Assembly (NCBI GenBank): GCA_019429325.1
Contig: JAHYJA010000002.1
Coordinates: forward strand, 1-59,949
Direction of reading: 5' to 3'
DNA: 59,949 nt
Origin: Bacteroidales bacterium
GTDB lineage: Bacteria; Bacteroidota; Bacteroidia; Bacteroidales; VadinHA17
The position numbers and the translations under genes are program-made. A model generated the notes under the pieces. It had not been told where the DNA came from, did no database searches, and saw only the letters and a program-made list of their open reading frames with translations. Positions 1 through 8,805 of the stretch are shown here, piece after piece (position 1 is the first letter of the stretch; the number at the start of each line of letters is the position of its first letter).

Positions 1-275
1 GCCACGGGGTCTTTTTCCGCAATGAGAATGAGCAGAACAGCGGTCACAGGAATACATTTACGGGTAATACTATTGAAAACAATGGGATGGACAGGGATTC
101 ATACGGTTTCTACATAGGAGGCGAAACCCGGGATATTAAGATCCATGACAATATTATCCGTTCGACCGGAAAGGGAAATCAAAAAACGGCAATATTCGTC
201 GGTAAGAAATCGTCGGGGATAACAGTGTCAGATAATACAATCTCCGGATCAAAAGAGATCGAATATGAAAAATAA
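1..275 (+). CDS. C-terminal fragment of a right-handed parallel beta-helix repeat protein (5' end outside window)
   Basis: Frame 3 is open from base 3 to the TAA at 273-275. The tail (GFYIGGETRDIKIHDNIIRSTGKGN...ITVSDNTISGS) shows the periodic xDNxI pattern of pectate-lyase-like beta-helix repeats. Confidence 0.45.
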   Translation, partial: HGVFFRNENEQNSGHRNTFTGNTIENNGMDRDSYGFYIGGETRDIKIHDNIIRSTGKGNQKTAIFVGKKSSGITVSDNTISGSKEIEYEK

Positions 276-395
276 AATCCTGACAAGGCTAACGAACACT
301 TTGTTAATCTATTAATCTGACTCATGCCTGCGAAAGGCTATTCAATCGAGGTTAGGTTCAGGATCTCTACAGCCAGGCTCTCATGATCCAGGCTG

Positions 396-980
396 TTACT
401 TTGGCCGCAGCATGCCTCCAAGAAGGGATCCCAGCAAACCCTTGCCTTTTGTTTGCTGACCAGCGCCACCCTTTAGAAGGAAACCGGCCACATCATCAAG
501 GATGCTCCCGTCACCATCAGCATCAAGAAGCGCCCCGATACCTGAGATCCCGGAGCCACCTGAATCCCGTTTCTTTGTAAGTGCTCCCAGAATGATCGGG
601 GTTAGCGCCGGTATCATTCTGGTGATTGTGGAAGCGTCAATATTCATGCTCCTGGCAAGCATCATTGCTGCCTGGGTACCACCACTATCTCCAAGCAATC
701 CCCCCATATTGGGATCGGGCGCCGCGGTTCTAGTCTTTGCAGAGACAAGATCCTTTATATTGTTCAATACTGATGAATCACCATATTTATTCAGGATGTG
801 ATTCACCCTTTCATCACCGCCACGTGTATCTTTCTGTCGCTTTAAGCCTGACAGAATAAGTGGAGCCAGCTGAGGGATCAGTTTCTGGACAGTGCCCCTG
901 TCAACATTCAGGCTGGAGGATAGTTGCGAGGTGACTTCCGGTCCGTAACTTTTCATGAATTCATCGATGAAATTTGCCAT
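396..980 (-). CDS. DUF937-like protein (Gly/Leu-rich repeated helical modules)
   Basis: 194-aa ORF with two repeated modules (...LIPQLAPLILSGLKRQ... / ...MIPALTPIILGALTKK...) and a Gly-rich tail, typical of DUF937 proteins. The overlapping + strand ORFs are shorter and low-complexity. Confidence 0.55.
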   Translation of the reverse strand: MANFIDEFMKSYGPEVTSQLSSSLNVDRGTVQKLIPQLAPLILSGLKRQKDTRGGDERVNHILNKYGDSSVLNNIKDLVSAKTRTAAPDPNMGGLLGDSGGTQAAMMLARSMNIDASTITRMIPALTPIILGALTKKRDSGGSGISGIGALLDADGDGSILDDVAGFLLKGGAGQQTKGKGLLGSLLGGMLRPK

Positions 981-1243
981 ATCAGATAAAATTAAATGAA
1001 TAAAAGAGGATATTTAAAATTGCTTCGTCAGGTATATTCTGTTAAAGTTAAACATTAATATTCATCTGACCTAAAGTGTATCTGTATCAAAATTTGTTGC
1101 TGAAGCAATATTATCCGGATTCGTCGCTTGACTTTAGTAACAGATATTATACCTTTACAAACGAAGCGTCCTTTTGCAGAATAGCAGTTGATCGACTAAA
1201 CAATAACCTGATCGAAACAATAATTCACAATAATAACAAAACA

Positions 1244-2215
1244 ATGAAATACAGAAAATTAGGAAGAACAAACCTTGATGTAAGTGAGATCGGTTATGGC
1301 ATGTGGGGTATGGCAGGATGGACCGGCTCGGATGACGAAGAATCACTTCGCTCACTTCAGTCGGCAGTCGATCTCGGATGCATCTTCTTCGATACTGCAT
1401 GGGGATATGGCAGCGGTAAGAGCGAAAGCATGCTCGGTAAAATTATAAGGGCAAACAAAGACAAGAGGCTCATTACAGCTACCAAAATGCCGCCTATGAA
1501 CTTCAAATGGCCGGCCAGACGCGAATATTCACTCGACGACTGTTATCCACCTGACCATATTGAAGAATATGTCGAAAAAAGCCTCAGGAATGCAGGTCTT
1601 GACTCTTTCGACCTCATGCAATTCCACACCTGGGAAGACCACTGGCTCGACGATGACCGGGGGATCAGGAAGATGATCGATCTGAAGGAAAAAGGATTGT
1701 TCCATGCCATCGGGATAAGCATGAACAGGTGGGAACCATGGAATGGTATCAGAGCTGTGAAAAGCGGTTTGATCGACACCGTACAGGTCATATATAACAT
1801 CTTCGACCAGAGCCCGGAAGATGAGCTCTTTCCTGCCTGCAGGGAGATGAACGTGGGTGTTATTGCCAGAGTCCCGTTCGATGAAGGTTCCCTGACCGGT
1901 ACACTCACCAGGGAGAGTAAATGGCCGGAAGGCGACTGGCGCAATACCTATTTTGTTCCGGATAACCTTATCTCAAGCGTGGAACGCGCAGATGCCCTCA
2001 AACCACTAGTCCCGGAAGGTTCCACAATGTCAGAGATGGCATTAAGGTTCATTCTCGGGGAACCGACTGTCAGTACGATTATCCCCGGTATGCGCAAAAC
2101 ACACCACGTTGTCGCAAATATGTCAGCCAGCGATGCCGGACAACTGGATCCTTCACTTATGAAAGAACTCAGGAGACACCGGTGGGATCGCAAACCGCAA
2201 AAATGGTCACAGTAA
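1244..2215 (+). CDS. aldo/keto reductase family oxidoreductase
   Basis: The canonical AKR N-terminus MKYRKLGRTNLDVSEIGYGMWG starts at ATG 1244. FDTAWGYG and a later GMRK motif are present. The GTG-1076 extension in the ORF track is AT-rich and non-homologous. Confidence 0.85.
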   Translation: MKYRKLGRTNLDVSEIGYGMWGMAGWTGSDDEESLRSLQSAVDLGCIFFDTAWGYGSGKSESMLGKIIRANKDKRLITATKMPPMNFKWPARREYSLDDCYPPDHIEEYVEKSLRNAGLDSFDLMQFHTWEDHWLDDDRGIRKMIDLKEKGLFHAIGISMNRWEPWNGIRAVKSGLIDTVQVIYNIFDQSPEDELFPACREMNVGVIARVPFDEGSLTGTLTRESKWPEGDWRNTYFVPDNLISSVERADALKPLVPEGSTMSEMALRFILGEPTVSTIIPGMRKTHHVVANMSASDAGQLDPSLMKELRRHRWDRKPQKWSQ

Positions 2216-2229
2216 CCTGCTGAAACTTT

Positions 2230-2697
2230 TCAGCCCTTGTCGTAGAATGCAGTCTCGACCAGATCGCCGTAGGACGAGTAAGCACTGGATTCAAGAACCA
2301 TATTACTGCCATCCAGTCTGAAGACCTCCACTATTGTAACATCACCTCCATCGCCAATCGCCAGTTTTGAAGTGATCTTCAGCGATTTTTTGTCATCGGC
2401 CCATACAGTAGATGATTTCTTTTGAGAGTCCTGCCACCCGGTATTGATGCACTCCTTACCGTCGAGGGTAAATTTGTCGGTTGTTGTAAACTCCTGCTCC
2501 TGAAAGCGTGATACTTTCTCAACGCTCAGATCATTCCCTTTCTGCACAACAGTGATCTTAAGCGGAGCCAGGCTGAACTCCTGGTTCAAACTGCTCTTTG
2601 ATGAGTTAATCTTCCAGGTCCCGGTGAAATTAACCTCCTGCGACACCAGGGATGCTGAAACCAGAAATGAAATCAGAAATAATAATGCTTTTTTCAT
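2230..2697 (-). CDS. small secreted protein, lipocalin-like beta-sheet hypothetical
   Basis: N-terminal signal peptide MKKALLFLISFLVSASLVSQ followed by alternating beta-strand-like sequence. No recognisable catalytic motif. Confidence 0.55.
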   Translation of the reverse strand: MKKALLFLISFLVSASLVSQEVNFTGTWKINSSKSSLNQEFSLAPLKITVVQKGNDLSVEKVSRFQEQEFTTTDKFTLDGKECINTGWQDSQKKSSTVWADDKKSLKITSKLAIGDGGDVTIVEVFRLDGSNMVLESSAYSSYGDLVETAFYDKG

Positions 2698-2873
2698 GAT
2701 GGTAATTTTATTAAGAGTTAATAAAAGTAGCTATTTAAATGAAACCGATTACAGCCCAAAAGGTTTTTCTTGATGCTATATGATCAGAAAAACATAAATT
2801 CCTGAAAATATTTTATATATTTATAAAATGTTGGGGTGAATCCGGGTCGCAATAAACTATTATCTGTCATACT

Positions 2874-3983
2874 ATGCCAAATTCAGTTTCAAAGATCAGG
2901 TCGAAAATCGCTGTTCTGGGAGCAGGACACGGAGGGCTGGCTATGGCCGGGCACCTGGCGCTTATGGGCCATAAGGTTAATCTTTTTAACCGGGGTGAGG
3001 AAAGGCTCTGGGGTGTCAGATCCTCAGGGCTGATAGAAGTAACCGGCGAGGTGGAAGGTTTTGGAAAAATAAACCTCGCCACTACAACAATGAAAGATGC
3101 AATAAAAGGAGTTGAGCTGATTATGGTAGTGGTTCCTGCCAGCGGTCACCGATGGATGGCTAAACAGATGGCTCCTCATCTGGTTGACGGGCAAATAGTT
3201 GTACTGCATCCGGGCAGAACCTTCGGGGCACTGGAATTCATACGGGTCCTGGACGAAATGAAGGTCAAGGCTGACGTTATCGTTTCTGAAGCACAGACAT
3301 TTATTTACGCGTCGCGTGCAACAGGCCCTTCGCAGGTGCATATCTTCAGGATAAAACACTCTATTCCGGTGGCCTCCATCAAGGCTCATCTTATCCCTAC
3401 CGTTATCAACAAACTAAGGCAGTTCTACCCTCAATTCATGCCCGGGGACAATATCTTTAAGACAAGCATGGAGAATATCGGCAGTGTTTTTCATCCTGCT
3501 CTCTGTGTTTTAAATGCCGGATGGATTGAGCACGATACCGACTTTCAGTTCTACCATGAGGGAGTGACTCCTTCCGTCGCCAGAATCCTGGAAAAAATTG
3601 ATGAAGAACGGGTAAGAGTTGCGGAAGCACTCGGAATCAGAGCCATTACTGCAAGACAGTGGCTTTACATGGCCTACAGCTCAACCGGACAGACACTCTT
3701 CCAGGCAATGAGAAAGAACAGCGGTTACAGGGGTATACTTGCTCCCAGGGCATTGAAAATGAGATATCTTGATGAAGATGTCCCTTTCAGTCTGGTTCCT
3801 ATAGCGTCGATAGGTAAGATGTTTAAGGTTGAGACACCCACCATCGATTCGGTTATTCACCTTGGATCCGGGATAAACTCTGTTGATTACCGGGCAAAAG
3901 GAAGAACAGTCGAAAACCTTGGTATTCAGGGTATGAGCCTCAGGGATCTCAGGCTTTTAGCTATCGGAGAAAAATCGAAGTAA
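2874..3983 (+). CDS. NAD(P)-dependent octopine/nopaline (opine) dehydrogenase family protein
   Basis: N-terminal Rossmann motif IAVLGAGHGGLAMAGHL. The C-terminal half (NIGSVFHPALCVLNAGWIE...FYHEGVTPSVARILEKIDEERVRVAEALGI) resembles the Octopine_DH helical domain. Confidence 0.75.
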   Translation: MPNSVSKIRSKIAVLGAGHGGLAMAGHLALMGHKVNLFNRGEERLWGVRSSGLIEVTGEVEGFGKINLATTTMKDAIKGVELIMVVVPASGHRWMAKQMAPHLVDGQIVVLHPGRTFGALEFIRVLDEMKVKADVIVSEAQTFIYASRATGPSQVHIFRIKHSIPVASIKAHLIPTVINKLRQFYPQFMPGDNIFKTSMENIGSVFHPALCVLNAGWIEHDTDFQFYHEGVTPSVARILEKIDEERVRVAEALGIRAITARQWLYMAYSSTGQTLFQAMRKNSGYRGILAPRALKMRYLDEDVPFSLVPIASIGKMFKVETPTIDSVIHLGSGINSVDYRAKGRTVENLGIQGMSLRDLRLLAIGEKSK

Positions 3984-3985
3984 TT

Positions 3986-5626
3986 ATGAAGAGTATTGCC
4001 GGTGCTGCCATAGGCAGTTGTGTTCACGTTGGTGGTTTACACCACTTTCTGAAGCTTGCTGAGGCTGAGGGGTATAAAACCAACTCCTGGGGCCCGGCTG
4101 TTTCTATTGAACGAGTTGTCAGGATCATCAGGGATGAAAAACCTGATATTACTGCACTAAGTTACCGGCTGACACCGGAAACCGCAGGCGAGCTGTTCGC
4201 TGAACTGAAACGGGAACTCTCCCGGGCAGGCATCAGTAATGCCAGAATGATTTTCGGTGGGACACCACCTGTTGCGATTGTGGCAGAGCAGTCAGGACTG
4301 TTTGAGCGTACTTTTAACGGAACTGAGCCTGTCGAAACAATAAAATCATATCTGAGGGGAGGCACAGGAGAAGTCTCGGAAGGAGCCTTCAGGCATACCC
4401 TTGTCAGGAGAATAGATCAGAAATACCCGTATCCGCTATTAAGGCATCACTTTGGCAGACCAACACTCGAAGAGACAATCACCGGAGTTAAAAAGATTTC
4501 GGAATCAGGGGTTCTCGATGTCCTTTCAATTGGTCCCGATCAGAATGCACAGGAACATTTCTTCAGTCCGGAGGAGATGGACCGGAGCCAGGACGGAGCC
4601 GGCGGTGTGCCGGTACGAAAACCTGAGGATCTGAGAGCCATTTACGAAAGCACCAGAACTGGGAATTATCCGCTTGTCAGATGCTATGCCGGCACCCGCG
4701 ATCTTCTGAAATGGGCTGAAATGAGTGTAAAGACCATTAACAACGCGTGGGCTGCAATCCCCCTCTGCTGGTATAGTGTGATTGACGGCAGGTCAGCCCG
4801 TACGGTCAGGGACGCGATTGGGGAGCATCAGGAGGTAATGCGCTGGTATGCCCGGAAAGGAATACCGGTAGAAGTTAATGAATCACATCAATGGAGCCTT
4901 CGGGATGCACACGATACACTCGCAGTAACCATGGCCTTCCTGGCAGCCTATAATGCAAAAAAGACGGGGGTCAGGCACTATGTTTCCCAATATATGTTCA
5001 ATAATCCGCCCGGAACCTCTGCCGAAATGGATATTGCAAAAATGATGGCAAAAAATGAAATGATAATGGAACTTTCTGACTCTGATTTCACAGTGTTCCG
5101 CGAAGTCAGGGCGGGACTCGCCCATTTTTCTGCAGACCCTTCATTTGCACAGGGCCAGCTTGCCGCTTCTGCCGTAATAAGCCTGGCATTAAAACCACAT
5201 ATTCTGCACGTAGTCGGTTTCAGCGAAGGTGATCATGCTATCTATGCTGACGAGCTTATCCAGAGCTGTAATATCGTTCACGGGGTGCTTCACAATACAC
5301 TGTACGGCATGCCGGACCTGACCGGAAACTCAGCCGTCATCAGCAGAAAAGATGAGCTTAAATCGGAGGCCAGGATTCTGCTCGATGAACTGGCAAAGAG
5401 AGGGAGTCACGTTAGCGACGACCCCTGGTCAGATCCTCAGGCAATATCAGATGCGATCAGGACAGGACTCCTTGACACTCCTCACTTTCAAGGTAACCCA
5501 CACCTGTGCGGGAGAATAGTAACCCGGCTGGTCGATGGCGCCTGGTATGCCATTGATCCTGAAACAGGAGAAAAATTAAGCGAGCCGGCAAGAATAAACA
5601 GGTTAGACCGAAGGCAGAAAAGCTGA
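3986..5626 (+). CDS. fused cobalamin-binding-domain-like / mutase TIM-barrel-like protein of unknown function
   Basis: Starts 2 nt after the previous stop. The N-terminal ~125 aa resemble the small B12-binding subunit of glutamate mutase (AIGSCVHVGG vs GSDCHAVG; later IFGGTPP). The remaining ~400 aa resemble, by eye, the large mutase barrel subunit (LRHHFGRPTLEE...VLDVLSIGPDQNAQ...). Confidence 0.55.
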   Translation: MKSIAGAAIGSCVHVGGLHHFLKLAEAEGYKTNSWGPAVSIERVVRIIRDEKPDITALSYRLTPETAGELFAELKRELSRAGISNARMIFGGTPPVAIVAEQSGLFERTFNGTEPVETIKSYLRGGTGEVSEGAFRHTLVRRIDQKYPYPLLRHHFGRPTLEETITGVKKISESGVLDVLSIGPDQNAQEHFFSPEEMDRSQDGAGGVPVRKPEDLRAIYESTRTGNYPLVRCYAGTRDLLKWAEMSVKTINNAWAAIPLCWYSVIDGRSARTVRDAIGEHQEVMRWYARKGIPVEVNESHQWSLRDAHDTLAVTMAFLAAYNAKKTGVRHYVSQYMFNNPPGTSAEMDIAKMMAKNEMIMELSDSDFTVFREVRAGLAHFSADPSFAQGQLAASAVISLALKPHILHVVGFSEGDHAIYADELIQSCNIVHGVLHNTLYGMPDLTGNSAVISRKDELKSEARILLDELAKRGSHVSDDPWSDPQAISDAIRTGLLDTPHFQGNPHLCGRIVTRLVDGAWYAIDPETGEKLSEPARINRLDRRQKS

Positions 5627-6097
5627 CTATTGGTGCAGTACCGGAATCTGACGGTTAATCGATTCTTCAAGTGAGATCAGTGTCTCCGTCCTTGAAATAC
5701 CAGGAATATTCTGAATCTTCTTAGTCAGAATATCACGCAGATGTTCATTGTCCTGTGTATAAACCTTTATGAACAGGGAGTAATTACCCGTAGTATAGTG
5801 GCATTCAATTATTTCCGAGATATCCTTGAATTTATTAATAACATCACGGTATTTTCCCGGATGATCCAGAAAGATACCGATATAGGCACAGGTTTTGAAA
5901 CCGACCAGCACGGGATCAACCTTGAACTCAGAACCTTTGATTACGCCTGTTTTAATTAGCCGCTGAACACGCTGATGAATTGCTGCTCCGGATACGTTGC
6001 ATTCCCTTGCCACCTCGAGATACGGGATTCTTGCATTCTTGGTTATAATATCAAGAATTTTCCTGTCGAGATTGTCGATTTGTATGTTTTCAGCCAT
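5627..6097 (-). CDS. Lrp/AsnC family transcriptional regulator
   Basis: MAENIQIDNLDRKILDIITKNARIPYLEVARECNVSGAAIHQRVQRLIKTGVI is a textbook AsnC HTH, followed by the RAM/ACT-like domain. ATG 6097 chosen over the hydrophobic upstream extension. Confidence 0.85.
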   Translation of the reverse strand: MAENIQIDNLDRKILDIITKNARIPYLEVARECNVSGAAIHQRVQRLIKTGVIKGSEFKVDPVLVGFKTCAYIGIFLDHPGKYRDVINKFKDISEIIECHYTTGNYSLFIKVYTQDNEHLRDILTKKIQNIPGISRTETLISLEESINRQIPVLHQ

Positions 6098-6236
6098 TTC
6101 CCAGAACATTAATGAATAATTTGAAACAATATAGTTTTCTGCATGTAAAACTAAGTGAAATATAAGGATAATAATTCTAATTATCAAAGAGATTTCTCAG
6201 AATAACAGATTATTTTAACCGAAGGGTTATCGTTTT

Positions 6237-7154
6237 TTAGACGGTTCTGTTGATAAGGCCGATAATGTCGTCAATTCCTGAAAATTTCCCGGCAATTAGG
6301 TATGCTTCTATACCTTGCAGTATCTTAACCGCGGCCTGGGGATCAATGAAGGAAGCCGTGCCAACCTGGATCGCCGAGGCACCTGCGAGAAAAAATTCTA
6401 TAGCATCGGAGGCCGTCATTATTCCGCCTATCCCGATCACAGGGATCTTTACTGCCCTGGCTGCCTGCCATACCATTCTGAGAGCCACAGGTTTTATTGC
6501 AGGGCCTGATAAACCTCCTGTTATTGCCGAGAGTGCAGGCTTCATCTTCTTTATATCCACTGACATCCCGACCAGAGTGTTAATCAGTGATATTGAGTCA
6601 GCTCCTTCCTCTTCTGCAATATGTGCAAACTCAGTAATATCGGTTACATTCGGCGACAGCTTCACAATAAGAATGCCTGGGAAAACAGCCCTGACAGCTC
6701 TTATGACTTCGCGGGCAGAAACCGGGTTCGTACCGAAAGCCATCCCTCCCATCTTTACATTCGGGCATGATATGTTAAGTTCAATGGCAGGTATCTTCTC
6801 CAGTCTGCTTACCCTCTCAGCCAGGGCTACATATTCTTCAATGTAATTGCCGTTAATGTTTACCATGACATTTGTGTCATAACCTGAGATGCGGGGATAG
6901 ATATGCTTCTCGAAATAATCGATACCCTTATTCTGGAGTCCTACGGCATTAAGCATCCCGGAGGGCGTCTCTGCCATGCGGGGATATGCATTACCCTCCC
7001 TTGGCTCCAAAGTGGTGCCCTTGACAATAATTCCTCCGAGCTTTGAAACATCCATAAAATCATCGAACTCACTGCCATACCCGAAGGTGCCTGATGCTGT
7101 AAGCACAGGATTTTTAAATTCCAGAGAGCCAATGGAAAAGCGAAGATCTACCAT
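6237..7154 (-). CDS. pyrD: dihydroorotate dehydrogenase, class 1B catalytic subunit
   Basis: [27 protein letters not shown]..., ELNISCPNV and [10 protein letters not shown] motifs. The start ATG overlaps the pyrK stop by 7 nt (ATGGTAG). Confidence 0.9.
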   Translation of the reverse strand: MVDLRFSIGSLEFKNPVLTASGTFGYGSEFDDFMDVSKLGGIIVKGTTLEPREGNAYPRMAETPSGMLNAVGLQNKGIDYFEKHIYPRISGYDTNVMVNINGNYIEEYVALAERVSRLEKIPAIELNISCPNVKMGGMAFGTNPVSAREVIRAVRAVFPGILIVKLSPNVTDITEFAHIAEEEGADSISLINTLVGMSVDIKKMKPALSAITGGLSGPAIKPVALRMVWQAARAVKIPVIGIGGIMTASDAIEFFLAGASAIQVGTASFIDPQAAVKILQGIEAYLIAGKFSGIDDIIGLINRTV

Positions 7155-7915
7155 TTCAGATCGTTTATATTGAAAACCGGTCCGTCTATACAAGTACACT
7201 GATTGCCGTTTACCGTAGCTACGACACAGCACAGACATGCACCAATACCGCATGCCATAAGGTTCTCAAGCGAGACTTCACATTCTATACCCCTTGTTGC
7301 GGCATATCCTGCCACTGCCCTCATCATCGCATCGGGTCCGCAACAAAATATTCTGTCGTATTCTGATTCTGATAATACCGGGTGATCTGTTACCAAACCC
7401 TTTTCACCCTCCGACCCATCCTCTGTGGTAAGATACACCCTCCCAATCTTCGCATATTCCGCTTCCTCAATGATCCGTGCTCTGTTTCTGAAACCCAGAA
7501 GTATATCCGGCGAATTACCGTTTGATTTTAAGTATTTTCCCAGAAAGAGAAGAGGAGCTACGCCACATCCTCCGCCAACCAGCAGAAGTTTTTCTTCTTT
7601 CCCGGGCAGGCTGAATGAATTGCCCAGTGGGTATATAAGATTTAAATAATCGTCTTTTCCGAGCCCCGAAAGAACACCTGTCCCTCTGCCAGCTATCTGT
7701 ACAAGGAGCTTAAGTGTGTTTCTGGCATAATCAACATCATGTATTGAAAACGGCCTGCGAAGAAAGGTTTGAGGACTACCTTCAACTTTTGCCTGAACAA
7801 ACTGTCCTGGCTTCAATTCAGGCAGATCACTGCTTCCCGCAAGCTCAAGGATAAATAAATCGTTATTTAACCTCTGATTATCAACTATCTTAAAATCTTC
7901 AATGCGTTTCGGCAT
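7148..7915 (-). CDS. pyrK: dihydroorotate dehydrogenase electron-transfer subunit (FAD / 2Fe-2S)
   Basis: PGQFV...RRPFSI flavin motif, [15 protein letters not shown] motif, and a C-terminal Cys cluster [15 protein letters not shown] 7915 chosen; the track's longer ORF would overlap the upstream HTH gene. Confidence 0.85.
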   Translation of the reverse strand: MPKRIEDFKIVDNQRLNNDLFILELAGSSDLPELKPGQFVQAKVEGSPQTFLRRPFSIHDVDYARNTLKLLVQIAGRGTGVLSGLGKDDYLNLIYPLGNSFSLPGKEEKLLLVGGGCGVAPLLFLGKYLKSNGNSPDILLGFRNRARIIEEAEYAKIGRVYLTTEDGSEGEKGLVTDHPVLSESEYDRIFCCGPDAMMRAVAGYAATRGIECEVSLENLMACGIGACLCCVVATVNGNQCTCIDGPVFNINDLKW

Positions 7916-7964
7916 ACTGCTTTTCTTTAACGCAAAGATAAAGCTAAAGAGAAACTTTCCGAAA

Positions 7965-8414
7965 TTATTTTCCCGGGAAATATTCTTCGAAAGTGTTGTT
8001 GCTATAGAAAAGAACAATCCTGGCAACAACCGGAGGCTTACCCGTTTCCTCTGCATTAGGCAATAACTGTCTCTTTTCTTCAACAGATGGCTTTTCCAGT
8101 GGATCTGTCGAATGTTCATCCTCTTTCACTGAAACCGGGGTCCTCTTTTCCTTTCTTTCTTCAGTCTTATCAGGGTAGTTTCCAAACAGATCGGGGATTT
8201 CCAGCCGCTTATACATTTCTCCCTTTCCGAATAATAACCAATCTACAGCCAGATATGGATAAGTTTCAAGCATTTTCACCACAAAATCGAGGCTGGGTTT
8301 GTTCCTTCCCGACAAGATATGCGAAATACCCGAAGGCTGGACACCAATTTCTTCTGCAAATAAAGCAGACGATTTGTTTTCTCTTTTAAGAAATTCAGAA
8401 ATGCGCTCTTTCAT
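7965..8414 (-). CDS. XRE-type helix-turn-helix transcriptional regulator
   Basis: N-terminal HTH (SSALFAEEIGVQPSGISHILSGRNKPSLDFVVKML...WLLFGKG), a charged linker, and a conserved-looking C-terminal IVLFYSNNTFEEY tail. Confidence 0.75.
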   Translation of the reverse strand: MKERISEFLKRENKSSALFAEEIGVQPSGISHILSGRNKPSLDFVVKMLETYPYLAVDWLLFGKGEMYKRLEIPDLFGNYPDKTEERKEKRTPVSVKEDEHSTDPLEKPSVEEKRQLLPNAEETGKPPVVARIVLFYSNNTFEEYFPGK

Positions 8415-8425
8415 AAAAAAATATT

Positions 8426-8486
8426 GTATTACAAATGTAATACTTATATTAATTACACATGTAATTATTCGTATTTACATCTGTAA
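8426..8486. promoter_or_regulatory. three tandem inverted repeats, consensus TTACA-N2-TGTAA (candidate operators)
   Basis: GTATTACA-AA-TGTAATAC (8426-8443, perfect 8-bp arms). TAATTACA-CA-TGTAATTA (8450-8467, perfect 8-bp arms). TTACA-TC-TGTAA (8475-8486). Centres are spaced 24 and 22 bp apart, 12-72 bp upstream of the HTH gene start at 8414. Confidence 0.45.
8432..8439 (-). promoter_or_regulatory. Bacteroidota -7 promoter box (TAnnTTTG) for the HTH regulator gene
   Basis: The minus strand reads TACATTTG, embedded in the first palindrome, 17 nt upstream of the ATG at 8414. Confidence 0.35.
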
Positions 8487-8791
8487 TCATAAGTATTTCG
8501 ATGATTCATATTGTGCCTGCCTTCTGTTTGCATGTCATTGATAATAAGCTATATACAAAAAATAAGTAGCCTGAAGTCTTAATTAAGTTTAGTTTGGTAT
8601 TATCCTGGTATATAGCTCGTTATGATTAATATCTAAATCGTTATTGCTGTTTGACGACGCAGAACGCCTGTATACATATACCCATATATAAGATAAATTA
8701 CATATTGGTGCTGATAAAGAGTGTTTTAAATATCTTCTATATTTTATTGAAAATTAATTCACTTTTGTCAGTTTACTTGTTTGATTTTGTG

Positions 8792-8805
8792 ATTACAAAT
8801 GTAAT
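8792..8805. promoter_or_regulatory. fourth copy of the ATTACA-AA-TGTAAT palindrome
   Basis: The 14-mer ATTACAAATGTAAT is identical to 8428-8441 and lies 364 bp away, inside the long non-coding region. Confidence 0.3.

Noticed and set aside
6250-6846. 198-aa + strand ORF
   Set aside because: It is entirely antisense to the well-supported pyrD gene. The translation is Ala/Ser/Ile-rich mirror sequence with no motifs.
7916-8119. N-terminal extension of pyrK in the ORF track. Similar extensions occur at 1076-1243, 6098-6187, 7155-7253, 38098-38178, 41218-41268 and 48843-48932.
   Set aside because: The extensions are hydrophobic or AT-rich, non-homologous to the respective families, and some overlap neighbouring genes. 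Internal ATGs give canonical N-termini.
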